Of a stretch of 64,000 nt of DNA, positions 10,005-18,746 are shown piece by piece. The position numbers and the translations under genes were made by a program. Within the stretch, counting starts at the first letter, position 1, and every line of letters begins with the position of its first letter. The notes under the pieces were generated by a model. It saw only the letters and a list, made by a program, of their open reading frames with translations. It had not been told where the DNA came from and ran no database searches. The DNA is from Acidobacteriota bacterium (GTDB taxonomy: Bacteria; Acidobacteriota; Polarisedimenticolia; Polarisedimenticolales; JBBIHH01), in assembly GCA_037447115.1 (NCBI GenBank), contig JBBIHH010000001.1, forward strand, positions 178,797-242,796, given 5' to 3'.

Positions 10005-10640
10005 GTGGCTGCGAACCGTACGGGAAAATCGCTTCTGCTTTCCATCGCGCTGCTCGCCGGCTCCGGCGCGGCGACGCAACCGCGCGCGGCCGGGCCAGAA
10101 TCGGTTTGCCCCGCCCTCGTCGGCGCGGAGGTGCCCGCCGTGAGCGTGCGCGACGCGAACGGCGCCGCGGTGAGGCTCCGGGAGCTCGTCGCGCGCGGCC
10201 CGACGGTGCTGATCTTCTATCGCGGCGGCTGGTGACCGTACTGCTCCAGGCAGTTGGGTCAACTGCAAGAAATCCACGGGGAGCTGAGAAAGCTGGGCTA
10301 TCAGATCGTCGCCCTCAGCCCGGATCGTCCCGAGCGGGTGCGCGAGCTCCAGGCCACGAAAGGCTTCGACTACGTGCTCCTGTCCGACAGCGACCTCGAG
10401 GCGGCGGCCGCCTTCGGTGTGGCCTACGAGGTCGATGCCGCGACCCTCGAAGCGTACCGGGGTTTCGGGATCGATCTCGAAGCCGCCTCGGGGAAAACCC
10501 ACCACCGCCTTCCCGTGCCCTCGGTCTTCCTCGCGGACCGGGACGGCCGCATCCGCTTCAGCTACGCCGATCCCGACTACCGCAGGCGCATCCCGCCCGG
10601 GCTCCTCCTCGCCGCGGCGCGGGCTCTCGCCGAGGATTGA
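10005..10640 (+). CDS. exported peroxiredoxin-like (AhpC/TSA, PRX_like2-type) thioredoxin-fold protein, probable selenoprotein; TGA 10233-10235 read as Sec
   Basis: ORFs 10005-10235 and 10254-10640 share a frame and are separated only by TGA. Joined they read ..VLIFYRGGW-[TGA]-PYCSRQLGQL.., which is the WCPxC redox motif. GTG 10005 follows AAGGAGGG. A signal-peptide-like N-terminus is present, and a hairpin lies immediately 3' of the TGA. Confidence 0.75.
10243..10284 (+). promoter_or_regulatory. candidate bacterial SECIS stem-loop
   Basis: The upper stem GCAGUUG / CAACUGC (10250-10256 / 10260-10266) has a GGU loop and starts 14 nt after the UGA. A possible lower stem GCUCC / GGAGC lies at 10243-10247 / 10280-10284. 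Confidence 0.5.
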
Positions 10641-10719
10641 CCGCACGAGAGTCCGGACTGCACGAGGCGCCGGACCGGGAGGCGCCGCGCGGCGGGGGAC
10701 CGGGTAGTAGAATCCGGGC

Positions 10720-11256
10720 GTGCCACGCGCCGGACCGAGAAACACCCTGCCCCGACTCTGGTTGCTGGCCGCGACGGGTGCGGCTTCGCTCGGCGTCGCC
10801 GGCGTCGTCGCTGCACCCGCGATGGCCGCCCTCGGCTGGGGCGCCGGGGAGGAGTGGGTGCGCGCGCTCTACGCGCCGCTGTGCCACCAGCGGGCGGATC
10901 GCTCGCTCGCCTTGTGGGACGTACCCCTGGCCGTGTGCGGCCGCTGCACGGGGGCTTATCTCGGGGCCTGGCTGGGGCTGGTTCTGGTGGCCCTGCGCGG
11001 ACGGCCGTGGCTGAGGCGGGGCGCCCTGGCGCTGGCCCTCGCGGCCCTGCCCAACCTGCTGGATCTCGCTGGGGGGACCGTCCTGGGCCTGGGGCTGGCC
11101 ACCGGCCCGCGCGCGGTGGTGGCGTTTCCCCTGGGGGTGGTGCTGGGCGGGCTGCTGGGCGACGCCTTGCTCGAACTCGCCCTGCGCCGCTCGCTGCGCC
11201 GCGCGCCGCCCCAGTCCAGTCCCGACCGCGGGATGCATCCCTCATGGGAAAGATGA
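10720..11256 (+). CDS. DUF2085-family membrane protein
   Basis: 178 aa with ..LCHQRADRSLAL.. ..VCGRCTGAYLG.. motifs and several TM segments. Confidence 0.7.
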   Translation: MPRAGPRNTLPRLWLLAATGAASLGVAGVVAAPAMAALGWGAGEEWVRALYAPLCHQRADRSLALWDVPLAVCGRCTGAYLGAWLGLVLVALRGRPWLRRGALALALAALPNLLDLAGGTVLGLGLATGPRAVVAFPLGVVLGGLLGDALLELALRRSLRRAPPQSSPDRGMHPSWER

Positions 11257-11301
11257 ACGTGGAGTTCGTGAGACGGATGCGCGGTGCAAAGGAGGTGGGT
11301 C

Positions 11302-11859
11302 GTGCAGTCGCGTGCTCCTAGTCTCTGGACGCCGGCGCTGATCGGCGGCGCGGTGTTCGGTTTTCTCGCGGCCGTGCCCGTGGTGAATATGCTCAACTGC
11401 CTGTGCTGCGCACTGATCCTCGGGGCGGGATTCACGGCGGGGGCCCTGCTGGCGAATGCTTCGAAGACGGCCGGTGTGGCCTTCGGTGCTGCCGAAGGGA
11501 CCAAGGTGGGCGTGCTGGCCGGGTTGATGTACGCCGTGTTTACCTCGGTCTTCCAGTGGATCCTGTCCTTCGTCGTCCCCCACCCCGATCCTGCAGCAAT
11601 GCTGGAGATGATCGACCAGTTCGGCGGGGAAATCCCGCCCGCAGCGAGGCAGTGGATAGAGCAGATCGCGAGCGGCGAGTTGTCGACCTGGATGTTCCTC
11701 GTGGGCTTTTTCTTCAGCCTGGCCTTCGGGCTCGTGTTCGCCACCCTCGGGGGCCTGATCGCCGGGGCGGCGTTCCGCCACCGGCCGACGCCCCCGGAGG
11801 TTCCGGCGAGCCCGCCGCCCAGTGCGGGACAGCCACCGCTGGGGACGCCGCACAGCTGA
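11302..11859 (+). CDS. hypothetical membrane protein with a Pro-rich tail
   Basis: GTG 11302 follows AAGGAGG with a 7-nt spacer. Four hydrophobic segments are present. The ORF track start is 11284. Confidence 0.55.
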   Translation: MQSRAPSLWTPALIGGAVFGFLAAVPVVNMLNCLCCALILGAGFTAGALLANASKTAGVAFGAAEGTKVGVLAGLMYAVFTSVFQWILSFVVPHPDPAAMLEMIDQFGGEIPPAARQWIEQIASGELSTWMFLVGFFFSLAFGLVFATLGGLIAGAAFRHRPTPPEVPASPPPSAGQPPLGTPHS

Positions 11860-11872
11860 TCGGGGACCGGCG

Positions 11873-13243
11873 ATGTACGCCACCGTCAATCCCGCGACGG
11901 GGGAGACGCTCCAGCGCTACCCGCCGGCGGACGAGACTCGGATCGAGCTCGCCCTGGAGCGGGCGTGGCACGCCTTCGGCGAGTGGCGCACTCGGAGCTT
12001 CCGGCAGCGCGCCCGCCCGATGCTGCGCGCGGCGGAGCTTCTCGAAGCGCAGGCGGCGGAGCTCGCCCGCTGGATGGCCACGGAGATGGGGAAACCCCTG
12101 GCCCAGGGCGAGGCGGAGGCGCGCAAGTGCGCCTGGGGCTGCCGCTACTTCGCGGAGCACGCCGAGGCCATGCTCCAGAACGAGCGCCGGGACTCCGACG
12201 CCGACGAAAGCCACGTCCGCTTCGATCCGCTGGGGCCGATCCTGGCGATCATGCCCTGGAATTTCCCCTTCTGGCAGTTCTATCGCTTCGCCGCCCCGGC
12301 GCTCATGGCGGGCAACGTGGTGCTGCTCAAGCACGCGCCGAACACGCCCGGCTGCGCCGAGCGGATCGAACGGCTCATGCTCGAAGCCGGCTTCCCCGAA
12401 GGGGTCGTGCAGAACCTGTTCCTGACGAACGCGCAGGCATCGCGCGTCATCGCCGATCCCCGCGTGCGGGGCGTGACGCTTACGGGGAGCACGCGGGCGG
12501 GCAGCGAGGTGGGCGAAATCGCAGGGCGGCACCGCAAGCCGATCGTGCTCGAGCTCGGCGGAAGCGATCCCTTCATCGTCTTCGCGGACGCCGATCTCGA
12601 CGAGGCGGTGCACGCCGGTGTCGAGTCCCGGTGCCAGAACAGCGGCCAGAGTTGCATCGCCGCCAAGCGCTTCTTGGTCGAGCGAGGTGTCTACGAAACC
12701 TTCCGCGGCCGCTTCGTCGAGGCCATGACCGCCAAGCAGGTCGGGGATCCGCTCGACCCCCGGACCGAGATCGGCCCGCTGGCCCGCGCGGACCTGCGGG
12801 ACCGGCTGGCGGAGCAGGTGCGCCGCTGCCTCGAGGCGGGGGCGAGGCTCGCGGGCCAGGGACGCGCTCCCGGCGGCCCTGGCTTCTACTACCCTCCATT
12901 GGTGCTCGAGGGGGCGCCGCAAGGCTCCCCCGCGGCCTGCGAAGAACTGTTCGGCCCCGTGGCGGTCCTGGAGGTGTTCGCGGACGAGGCCGAAGCGGTG
13001 CGCCTCGCCAACAGCACGCCTTACGGCCTCGGCGCGAGCCTCTGGACGCGCGACGAGAAGCGCGTGGCGCGCCTGGTCCCGCGGATCGAGGCGGGCTCCA
13101 TCTTCGTCAACGGCATGGTCAAGAGCGACCCCCGCTTGCCCTTCGGTGGGGTGAAAGATTCGGGCTACGGCCGAGAGCTCGGCCGCGAAGGGATCCGCGA
13201 GTTCGTCGACGTGAAAACGGTCTGGATCCGCCGCTGCGGATAA
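11873..13243 (+). CDS. NAD(P)-dependent aldehyde dehydrogenase, succinate-semialdehyde dehydrogenase-like
   Basis: 456 aa from ATG 11873 with ..IMPWNFPFWQ.., ..LELGGSDPFIV.., ..QNSGQSCIAAKR.. and ..PFGGVKDSGYGRE... Confidence 0.9.
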   Translation: MYATVNPATGETLQRYPPADETRIELALERAWHAFGEWRTRSFRQRARPMLRAAELLEAQAAELARWMATEMGKPLAQGEAEARKCAWGCRYFAEHAEAMLQNERRDSDADESHVRFDPLGPILAIMPWNFPFWQFYRFAAPALMAGNVVLLKHAPNTPGCAERIERLMLEAGFPEGVVQNLFLTNAQASRVIADPRVRGVTLTGSTRAGSEVGEIAGRHRKPIVLELGGSDPFIVFADADLDEAVHAGVESRCQNSGQSCIAAKRFLVERGVYETFRGRFVEAMTAKQVGDPLDPRTEIGPLARADLRDRLAEQVRRCLEAGARLAGQGRAPGGPGFYYPPLVLEGAPQGSPAACEELFGPVAVLEVFADEAEAVRLANSTPYGLGASLWTRDEKRVARLVPRIEAGSIFVNGMVKSDPRLPFGGVKDSGYGRELGREGIREFVDVKTVWIRRCG

Positions 13244-13978
13244 ATGGCACGCCTGAGGCTCCTCGGCACTGGAACCTGCCAGCTCCGGGACGCCCGCGCG
13301 GCTTCGTCCGTGCTCGTCGAGCGCGGCGACCTGCGAGTGGTCTTCGATTTCGGCCGCGGCGTCGCCCGCCGGCTGGCGGAGCTGGAGCTACGGCAGGATG
13401 ACATCGAGCACGTGGTCCTCTCGCATTTCCATCCCGACCACGTCTCGGACCTCGTCCCCTTCCTGCACGCGGCCTGCTGGTCCCGGGAGGACCCGCGCAC
13501 CCGCGCGCTGCACCTCTACGGCCCCCGCGGCTTGCGGCGGCTCGTGGAGGGCCTGCTGGAGCTCTTCGGCGAGGGCTCGCTCCACCGGCCCGAGCGCTTC
13601 GCGCTCCATCTGCACGAGCTCGAGGAGGGTGCCTTCGAGATCGAAGGCCAGCGCTTCGAGTTCCGCGCCCTGCCCCCGGCTGGCAACCACGGCCTGGCGT
13701 TCTCCACGGCGGCGGGCCGCTGCGCCCTGACGGGGGACGCGCACTTCCACGACGGGCTGCTGGCGTTCGTGCGCGACGCGGCCCTGGCCGTCGTCGATGC
13801 CGGACACCTGACGGACGAAGAACTCGTGGCCCTCGCGGCCCGCGCCCAGCCGCAGACGCTCGTCTGCTCGCACCTCTACCGGGAGCTCGACGCCGCGGCC
13901 CTCCAGGAGCGGGCGGCCACCGCGGGCTACCGCGGATCGTGGATCGTCGGCCGGGACGGCCTCGCGTTCGAGCTGTGA
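13244..13978 (+). CDS. MBL-fold metallo-hydrolase
   Basis: 244 aa with the motif ..VVLSHFHPDHVSDL... The ATG directly follows the upstream TAA. Confidence 0.8.
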   Translation: MARLRLLGTGTCQLRDARAASSVLVERGDLRVVFDFGRGVARRLAELELRQDDIEHVVLSHFHPDHVSDLVPFLHAACWSREDPRTRALHLYGPRGLRRLVEGLLELFGEGSLHRPERFALHLHELEEGAFEIEGQRFEFRALPPAGNHGLAFSTAAGRCALTGDAHFHDGLLAFVRDAALAVVDAGHLTDEELVALAARAQPQTLVCSHLYRELDAAALQERAATAGYRGSWIVGRDGLAFEL

Positions 13979-14035
13979 TCATCCCGCGCGCGATCGAGCG
14001 CCATGCAAGAGAACTCGGGACCGGTTCGCGCCCGG

Positions 14036-14079
14036 GTGACCCCCCGCCCTCGGGCCTGAAGGACCAGGGAGGGGGTCAC
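14036..14079. terminator. long imperfect GC-rich hairpin between convergent genes
   Basis: GTGACCCCC (14036-14044) pairs with GGGGGTCAC (14071-14079), with inner CCCT/AGGG pairs. It lies between the MBL gene end (13978) and the pit end (14076). There is no U-tract. Confidence 0.35.
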
Positions 14080-15314
14080 AGCAGCGCCCATCGCAGAAGC
14101 GCCGCGACCAGCGCCGCCAGAGCGAAGGTCGCGGGCAACGTGACGATCCACGCCGCGACGATATCGCGCACGATGCGCACGTCCAGCGCCGCGAGTCCCC
14201 GCGCCAGCCCTACACCGATGACGCACCCCACCAGGGTGTGCGTCGTCGAGATGGGAATCCCGAGCTTGGAGCACAGGAGCACGGTCGTGGCGGCGGCGAA
14301 TTCGGCCGAGAATCCGCGCGAGGGCGTGAGTTCGGTGATCCGCCGACCGATCGTCTCGATCACACGGTAGCCCCACGTCGCGAGCCCGAAGACGATACCG
14401 AACCCCCCGAGGGCGAGGATCCACACGGGCACCGCCGCCTGGCGCGCCACCTCCCCGTAACGGTAGCTGGCCCAGATCCCGGCGAGCGGGCCCACGGCGT
14501 TCGCCACGTCGTTGGCGCCGTGGGCGAAGGCGACGTAACAGGCCGTCACGACCTGCAACCAGCGAAACTGGCGCTCCACATAGCCGAAGGGGCCGTTCGC
14601 CGCCAGGGCCGGCGAACGGCGCCGCACGACCCATGCGCAGCCGAGGCCACCCGCGAGGCCGGCGGCCGCGGCCAACGGCAGCGCGTGGCGCAGGGGAAGA
14701 TTGAGGTGCAGGTTTTTCAAGCCTTTGTAGATCACGGAAAGGCAGAGGACCAGGAACACGATCCCCGCGAGCCCGGGAGCGATCCGTCGCACGCGCACGC
14801 GCGGTGTCCGGCTTTGAAGCACGACGCGGGCCACGAAACGAAACAGCGCGAAAGCCAGAAGCCCGCCGAAAAGCGGCGAGAGAACCCAGACCACGCCGAT
14901 GCCGACCACGAGCTGCCAGTCCACGCTCTGCCAACCGGCCACGGCCGCCCCCGCACCGGCCACGCCGCCGACGATGCTGTGGGTCGTGGACACCGGAAGC
15001 CCCTTCCACGACGCGATCTGAAGCCACAACCCCGCGCCCAGCAACGCCGCGAGCATCGCGACCATGAACGACTCCGTACCGGGCATCCGTTCGAACTTCA
15101 GAATCCCGTTCTTCACCGTCTCCGTGACGTGGCCGCCGACGAGAACCGAGCCCACGAACTCGAACACCGCCGCGACGAGCAACGCCTGAGCCAAGGTGAG
15201 AGCCCGAGAGCCGACGGAAGTTCCCATCGCATTGGCGACATCGTTGGCGCCGATGTTCCAAGCCATGTACAGGCCGAAGACGACCCCTCCGGCCAGGATC
15301 AGCAGCAGGATCAC
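14076..15314 (-). CDS. pit: inorganic phosphate transporter, PiT family
   Basis: 412 aa with ..WNIGANDVANAMGTSVGS.. and a second ..HGANDVANAVGP.. repeat. A GTG start follows GGAGGG. Confidence 0.95.
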   Translation of the reverse strand: MILLLILAGGVVFGLYMAWNIGANDVANAMGTSVGSRALTLAQALLVAAVFEFVGSVLVGGHVTETVKNGILKFERMPGTESFMVAMLAALLGAGLWLQIASWKGLPVSTTHSIVGGVAGAGAAVAGWQSVDWQLVVGIGVVWVLSPLFGGLLAFALFRFVARVVLQSRTPRVRVRRIAPGLAGIVFLVLCLSVIYKGLKNLHLNLPLRHALPLAAAAGLAGGLGCAWVVRRRSPALAANGPFGYVERQFRWLQVVTACYVAFAHGANDVANAVGPLAGIWASYRYGEVARQAAVPVWILALGGFGIVFGLATWGYRVIETIGRRITELTPSRGFSAEFAAATTVLLCSKLGIPISTTHTLVGCVIGVGLARGLAALDVRIVRDIVAAWIVTLPATFALAALVAALLRWALL

Positions 15315-15336
15315 GGTCCCTCCGACGGATCGTGGG

Positions 15337-16011
15337 TCAGCGATAGAGCATGAGACGCAAATCGTCGCCGATCCCTTCCGCGCGATTGGCGAGGTCGCCC
15401 AGCAGTTGCAGGATCTTCTGCCACAGCATCAGCGCCACGGGACCGAGCGTTTCCTCGTGGCGGAACAGCTCGCGGGCGAAGCTGTAGATGCTCTTGTCCA
15501 CTTCGTACTCGAGCTGGCCGATGCGCCGGATCATCTCCAGCACCCGCTCCGCCTCCGGTCCGCCGAACGAGGCCTCGACGAGCCCGTCGAGCTGGCCGAT
15601 CAGCTCGCGCGCGGCCGCGCAGGCATCGAGCGCCTGATCCACGATGCGCAGCAATCCCGGCTGCAGGGTCTCGGGCAGCGAGAGCTGCTCCCGCAACGAC
15701 GCGACGACGACGATGTCCTCGCACAAATCCGCGAGCGAGTCCTGCTCGTGGAGCAGGGCGAGCAGGTCGCGGCGGTCCACCATCAAGAACAGCGAGCGCG
15801 GAAGATGATCGCGGATGTCGTTTTTCACGAGGTCGGCTTCGTGCTCCAGTTTGAGCACGATTTTGCGGATCTCGCGACAGCGCTCCCCGCGGCCGGCGAG
15901 AAAGGCCTCGAAGAACGGGCGCAGATGCGCCCAGGTTTCGGCGACCTTCTCCATGTGTTGTTTCAGCGGCCCGAAGGGACTGCGGCCGAACAGAGGCCCG
16001 ATCGTGCGCAT
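15337..16011 (-). CDS. DUF47 / TIGR00153-type PhoU-like phosphate transport regulator
   Basis: 224 aa, helical, with ..LEHEADLVKNDIRDHL... It sits 22 nt upstream of pit, which is the usual pairing. Confidence 0.9.
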   Translation of the reverse strand: MRTIGPLFGRSPFGPLKQHMEKVAETWAHLRPFFEAFLAGRGERCREIRKIVLKLEHEADLVKNDIRDHLPRSLFLMVDRRDLLALLHEQDSLADLCEDIVVVASLREQLSLPETLQPGLLRIVDQALDACAAARELIGQLDGLVEASFGGPEAERVLEMIRRIGQLEYEVDKSIYSFARELFRHEETLGPVALMLWQKILQLLGDLANRAEGIGDDLRLMLYR

Positions 16012-16129
16012 GGCTTCCTCCGCGCCTGGATCCTATGGCCCGGCCTTCGAAAGACGCCAACCCCACAGGTTTACGATTCGCGACAAGCGCGACGGGCAGC
16101 GGGCGATCTGCCGGCCGCCCCGACACGTG

Positions 16130-17164
16130 TTAGCCACGGTCGGACGGGGCCCAGGGCGGCAGTGGCATCTGCCGCGGCCCGGGCTGATCGTGGCCGAGGA
16201 CCGGATGGGGGACGTAGGGAGCCTCGAGCTTGCGGATCTCCTCCTCGCTCAGGACCATCTCGCAGGCAGCGAGGGCGTCCTCGATGTGCTCGGGGCGCGT
16301 GGCCCCCACGATGGGAGCGACGACCCCTGGCACGGAGAGCAGCCAGCCCAGCGCCACCCGCGCTGGCGGCTCGCCCCGCGCGCGGCTCACCTCGAGCAGC
16401 GCGTCGAGGACGCGGAAGTCTTCTTCCCGGTAGTAGAGCCGGTCCGCGAATTCGTCCGCCTGCGCGCGCACGGTCGGGCGCGGCTGCTCCCGCGTGCGAT
16501 GGCCGCCGAGAAAGCCCCGCGCCAGGGGGCTCCAGGGCAGCACCCCCACGCCCTGGTCGAGACACAACGGGATCATCTCGCGCTCTTCCTCGCGGTAGAC
16601 GAGGTTGTAGTGGTTCTGCATGGAGACGAAGCGGTGCCAGCCGTGCCGGTCCGCGAGAAAAAGCGCCTTGGCGAACTGCCAGGCCGCCATGCTGCTCGCA
16701 CCGAGGTAACGCACCTTGCCGTCTCGCACGAGCCGATCCAGGGCCTCGAGGGTCTCCTCGACGGGCGTGTGGGGATCGTGGCGGTGGATCTGGTAGAGGT
16801 CGACGTACTCGGTGCCGAGCCGCCTCAGGCTCGCCTCGCAGGCGGCGAGGATGTGCTTGCGCGACAGGCCCCGCCGGTTGGGCCCGGGTGCGACGGGGAA
16901 GTAGAGCTTGGTGGCGAGGACGTAGTCCTCGCGCGCGGCGAGCTCGCGCAGGATCTTGCCCGTCACTTCCTCGCTCCGGCCTCTGGAGTACATATCGGCG
17001 GTGTCGAAGAAGTTGATGCCGCCCTCCCAGGCGCGGCGGAAGTGCTCCCGGGCCGCCGTCTCGTCCAGGACCCAGGGCCGCCATGCGGGATCGCCGTACG
17101 TCATGCAACCGAGGGCCACGCGCGAGACCTCGAGACCCGAGCGACCCAGCCTCGCGTACCTCAT
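16130..17164 (-). CDS. aldo/keto reductase
   Basis: 344 aa with ..GINFFDTADMYSRGRSEE.., ..YVDLYQIHRHD.. and ..LPWSPLARGFL... The ATG overlaps the upstream stop (ATGA). Confidence 0.9.
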   Translation of the reverse strand: MRYARLGRSGLEVSRVALGCMTYGDPAWRPWVLDETAAREHFRRAWEGGINFFDTADMYSRGRSEEVTGKILRELAAREDYVLATKLYFPVAPGPNRRGLSRKHILAACEASLRRLGTEYVDLYQIHRHDPHTPVEETLEALDRLVRDGKVRYLGASSMAAWQFAKALFLADRHGWHRFVSMQNHYNLVYREEEREMIPLCLDQGVGVLPWSPLARGFLGGHRTREQPRPTVRAQADEFADRLYYREEDFRVLDALLEVSRARGEPPARVALGWLLSVPGVVAPIVGATRPEHIEDALAACEMVLSEEEIRKLEAPYVPHPVLGHDQPGPRQMPLPPWAPSDRG

Positions 17165-18357
17165 CCGAGCCTCCGCCGCAAGATCTCCTCGAGTTCCTCG
17201 TCCGTGAGCTCGATGGGGTTGGTCCGCATGCTCCCGCCGCGGCTCGCCGCCACGATGCGCGGGAGGTGCTCTTCCCGCACACCGAACTGGCCGAGGCGCG
17301 GCATGCGGAAGCGCTCGGTCCAATCCTCGAGGGTCGCGAGCAGCGCCTCCCGTGCGTCCTCGTCCGGCAGGCACGGACGCCCCCGCAACCACCGGCCCAA
17401 CTCGGCGTATTTCGCGAGGGCAGGGTGGCCCGGCGCCCGGCCCTGGAGGGCGCGGAGGTTGACCGCCGTCGTGGCCGCGAGAAGCGTCCCGCACGCCACG
17501 CCGTGGGACATGGGAAAGAAGGCCCCCAAGGGCGAGGCCAACCCGTGCACGGCACCGAGACCCGCCTGCGCCAGGGCGATCCCCGAGACGAGCGCCGCGT
17601 AGGCCATGCACCGCCGGCCCTGCGCGGCGCGCGGACCATCCTCGTACCACCAGAGCAACGCGGGCCAGCCCGCTTCGAGACCGCTCCGGACCAGAGCGTC
17701 GGTGAAGGCGTTCGCGCGGGCGGAAACGTAGGACTCGACGAGCTGGGTGAGCGCGTCGAGCCCGCTCGCGGCGATCCGCTCCGGGGTGCAGCCCGCGCAA
17801 AGCTCGGGATCCACGATGGCCCACTGGGGCACGAGGCGCTCGTCGCGGAAGGACTTCTTGAATCCCGCTTCCGGATCGCGCCGGCTGATGACGGCATTCT
17901 TCGTGGCCTCGCTGCCCGTGCCGGCGGTGGTGGGCACGGCGATCATCGGCAGCGCCGGCCCCTCGTAGGGCACGCCCTGGCCCACCCCCTCGAGATGATC
18001 GAGCACGGAGCGCCCCGTGCGCAGCAGGCCGGCGATGGCCTTGGCCGCATCGAGCACGCTCCCGCCCCCGATGCCGATGACGACCTCGATCCCGCTTTCC
18101 CCGAAGCGGGCCACCGCCTCGTCCACCGCCTCGGGCGAGGGCTCGCCCGACACCGTCCAGTGCTCCCCACGGACGCCCGCGCGGCGCAAGCCTTCGACGA
18201 GCCGTTGCCAGCGAAGCGAGCGCGCGAACGACGCCGCTCCCGTGACGATCAGAGCCCGCGAACCGAAGGAGGCGGCCCGCTCGGGGATGCGCGCCGCGGC
18301 GCCCTCGCCGAAATCGATCCGCGGCAGGCGGGAAACCTCGAACGCGCTCAAGCGCAT
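17161..18357 (-). CDS. iron-containing alcohol dehydrogenase
   Basis: 398 aa from ATG 18357 with ..VIGIGGGSVLDAAKAIA.., ..AVPTTAGTGSE.. and ..HGLASPLG... Confidence 0.9.
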   Translation of the reverse strand: MRLSAFEVSRLPRIDFGEGAAARIPERAASFGSRALIVTGAASFARSLRWQRLVEGLRRAGVRGEHWTVSGEPSPEAVDEAVARFGESGIEVVIGIGGGSVLDAAKAIAGLLRTGRSVLDHLEGVGQGVPYEGPALPMIAVPTTAGTGSEATKNAVISRRDPEAGFKKSFRDERLVPQWAIVDPELCAGCTPERIAASGLDALTQLVESYVSARANAFTDALVRSGLEAGWPALLWWYEDGPRAAQGRRCMAYAALVSGIALAQAGLGAVHGLASPLGAFFPMSHGVACGTLLAATTAVNLRALQGRAPGHPALAKYAELGRWLRGRPCLPDEDAREALLATLEDWTERFRMPRLGQFGVREEHLPRIVAASRGGSMRTNPIELTDEELEEILRRRLG

Positions 18358-18653
18358 CCGCTCTCGGGATAGACGCCACGGTAGACGACACCGCGGCGCG
18401 GCTCGGCCATCCAGGGCTCGACCGCCTCGCGCCACTTCTTGTAATGCGCCGTCTCCTTGTGCGCCCGGGCGTCGGCCTCCGTGGCGTAAGCCTCGTAGAG
18501 GACGACCTCGGTGGGGTCCTCCACGGATTGCAACACGTCGAAACGCAAATTCCCCCGCTCGCGCACGGAGCCCAGGTGGTTTTCCCGCGTGGCCCGCAGG
18601 AAATCCTCGACGTGCTCCGGTTTGACGCGGACATGAACGATCGTGACGTGCAT
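18348..18653 (-). CDS. antibiotic-biosynthesis-monooxygenase (ABM) domain protein
   Basis: 101 aa reading MHVTIVHVRVKPEHVEDFLRAT..YEAYATEADARAHKETAHYKKW... It is the only sensible part of a 1112-aa shadow ORF. Confidence 0.8.
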   Translation of the reverse strand: MHVTIVHVRVKPEHVEDFLRATRENHLGSVRERGNLRFDVLQSVEDPTEVVLYEAYATEADARAHKETAHYKKWREAVEPWMAEPRRGVVYRGVYPESGCA

Positions 18654-18746
18654 CGCGCGACCCCGTTCGAGCGGCGGAGGCCGCCTTGCCCTCGCGACGA
18701 CCCCGCGCGGAGGCAATGCTACCATGAAGGCGCGGGAGCGATCCCG

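Noticed and set aside
10005-10640. Treating 10005-10235 and 10254-10640 as two separate small genes, or as a broken pseudogene.
   Set aside because: They share a frame and are separated by a single TGA placed exactly at the redox Cys of the WCPxC motif. A hairpin follows at SECIS distance. The second piece has no SD or sensible N-terminus of its own.
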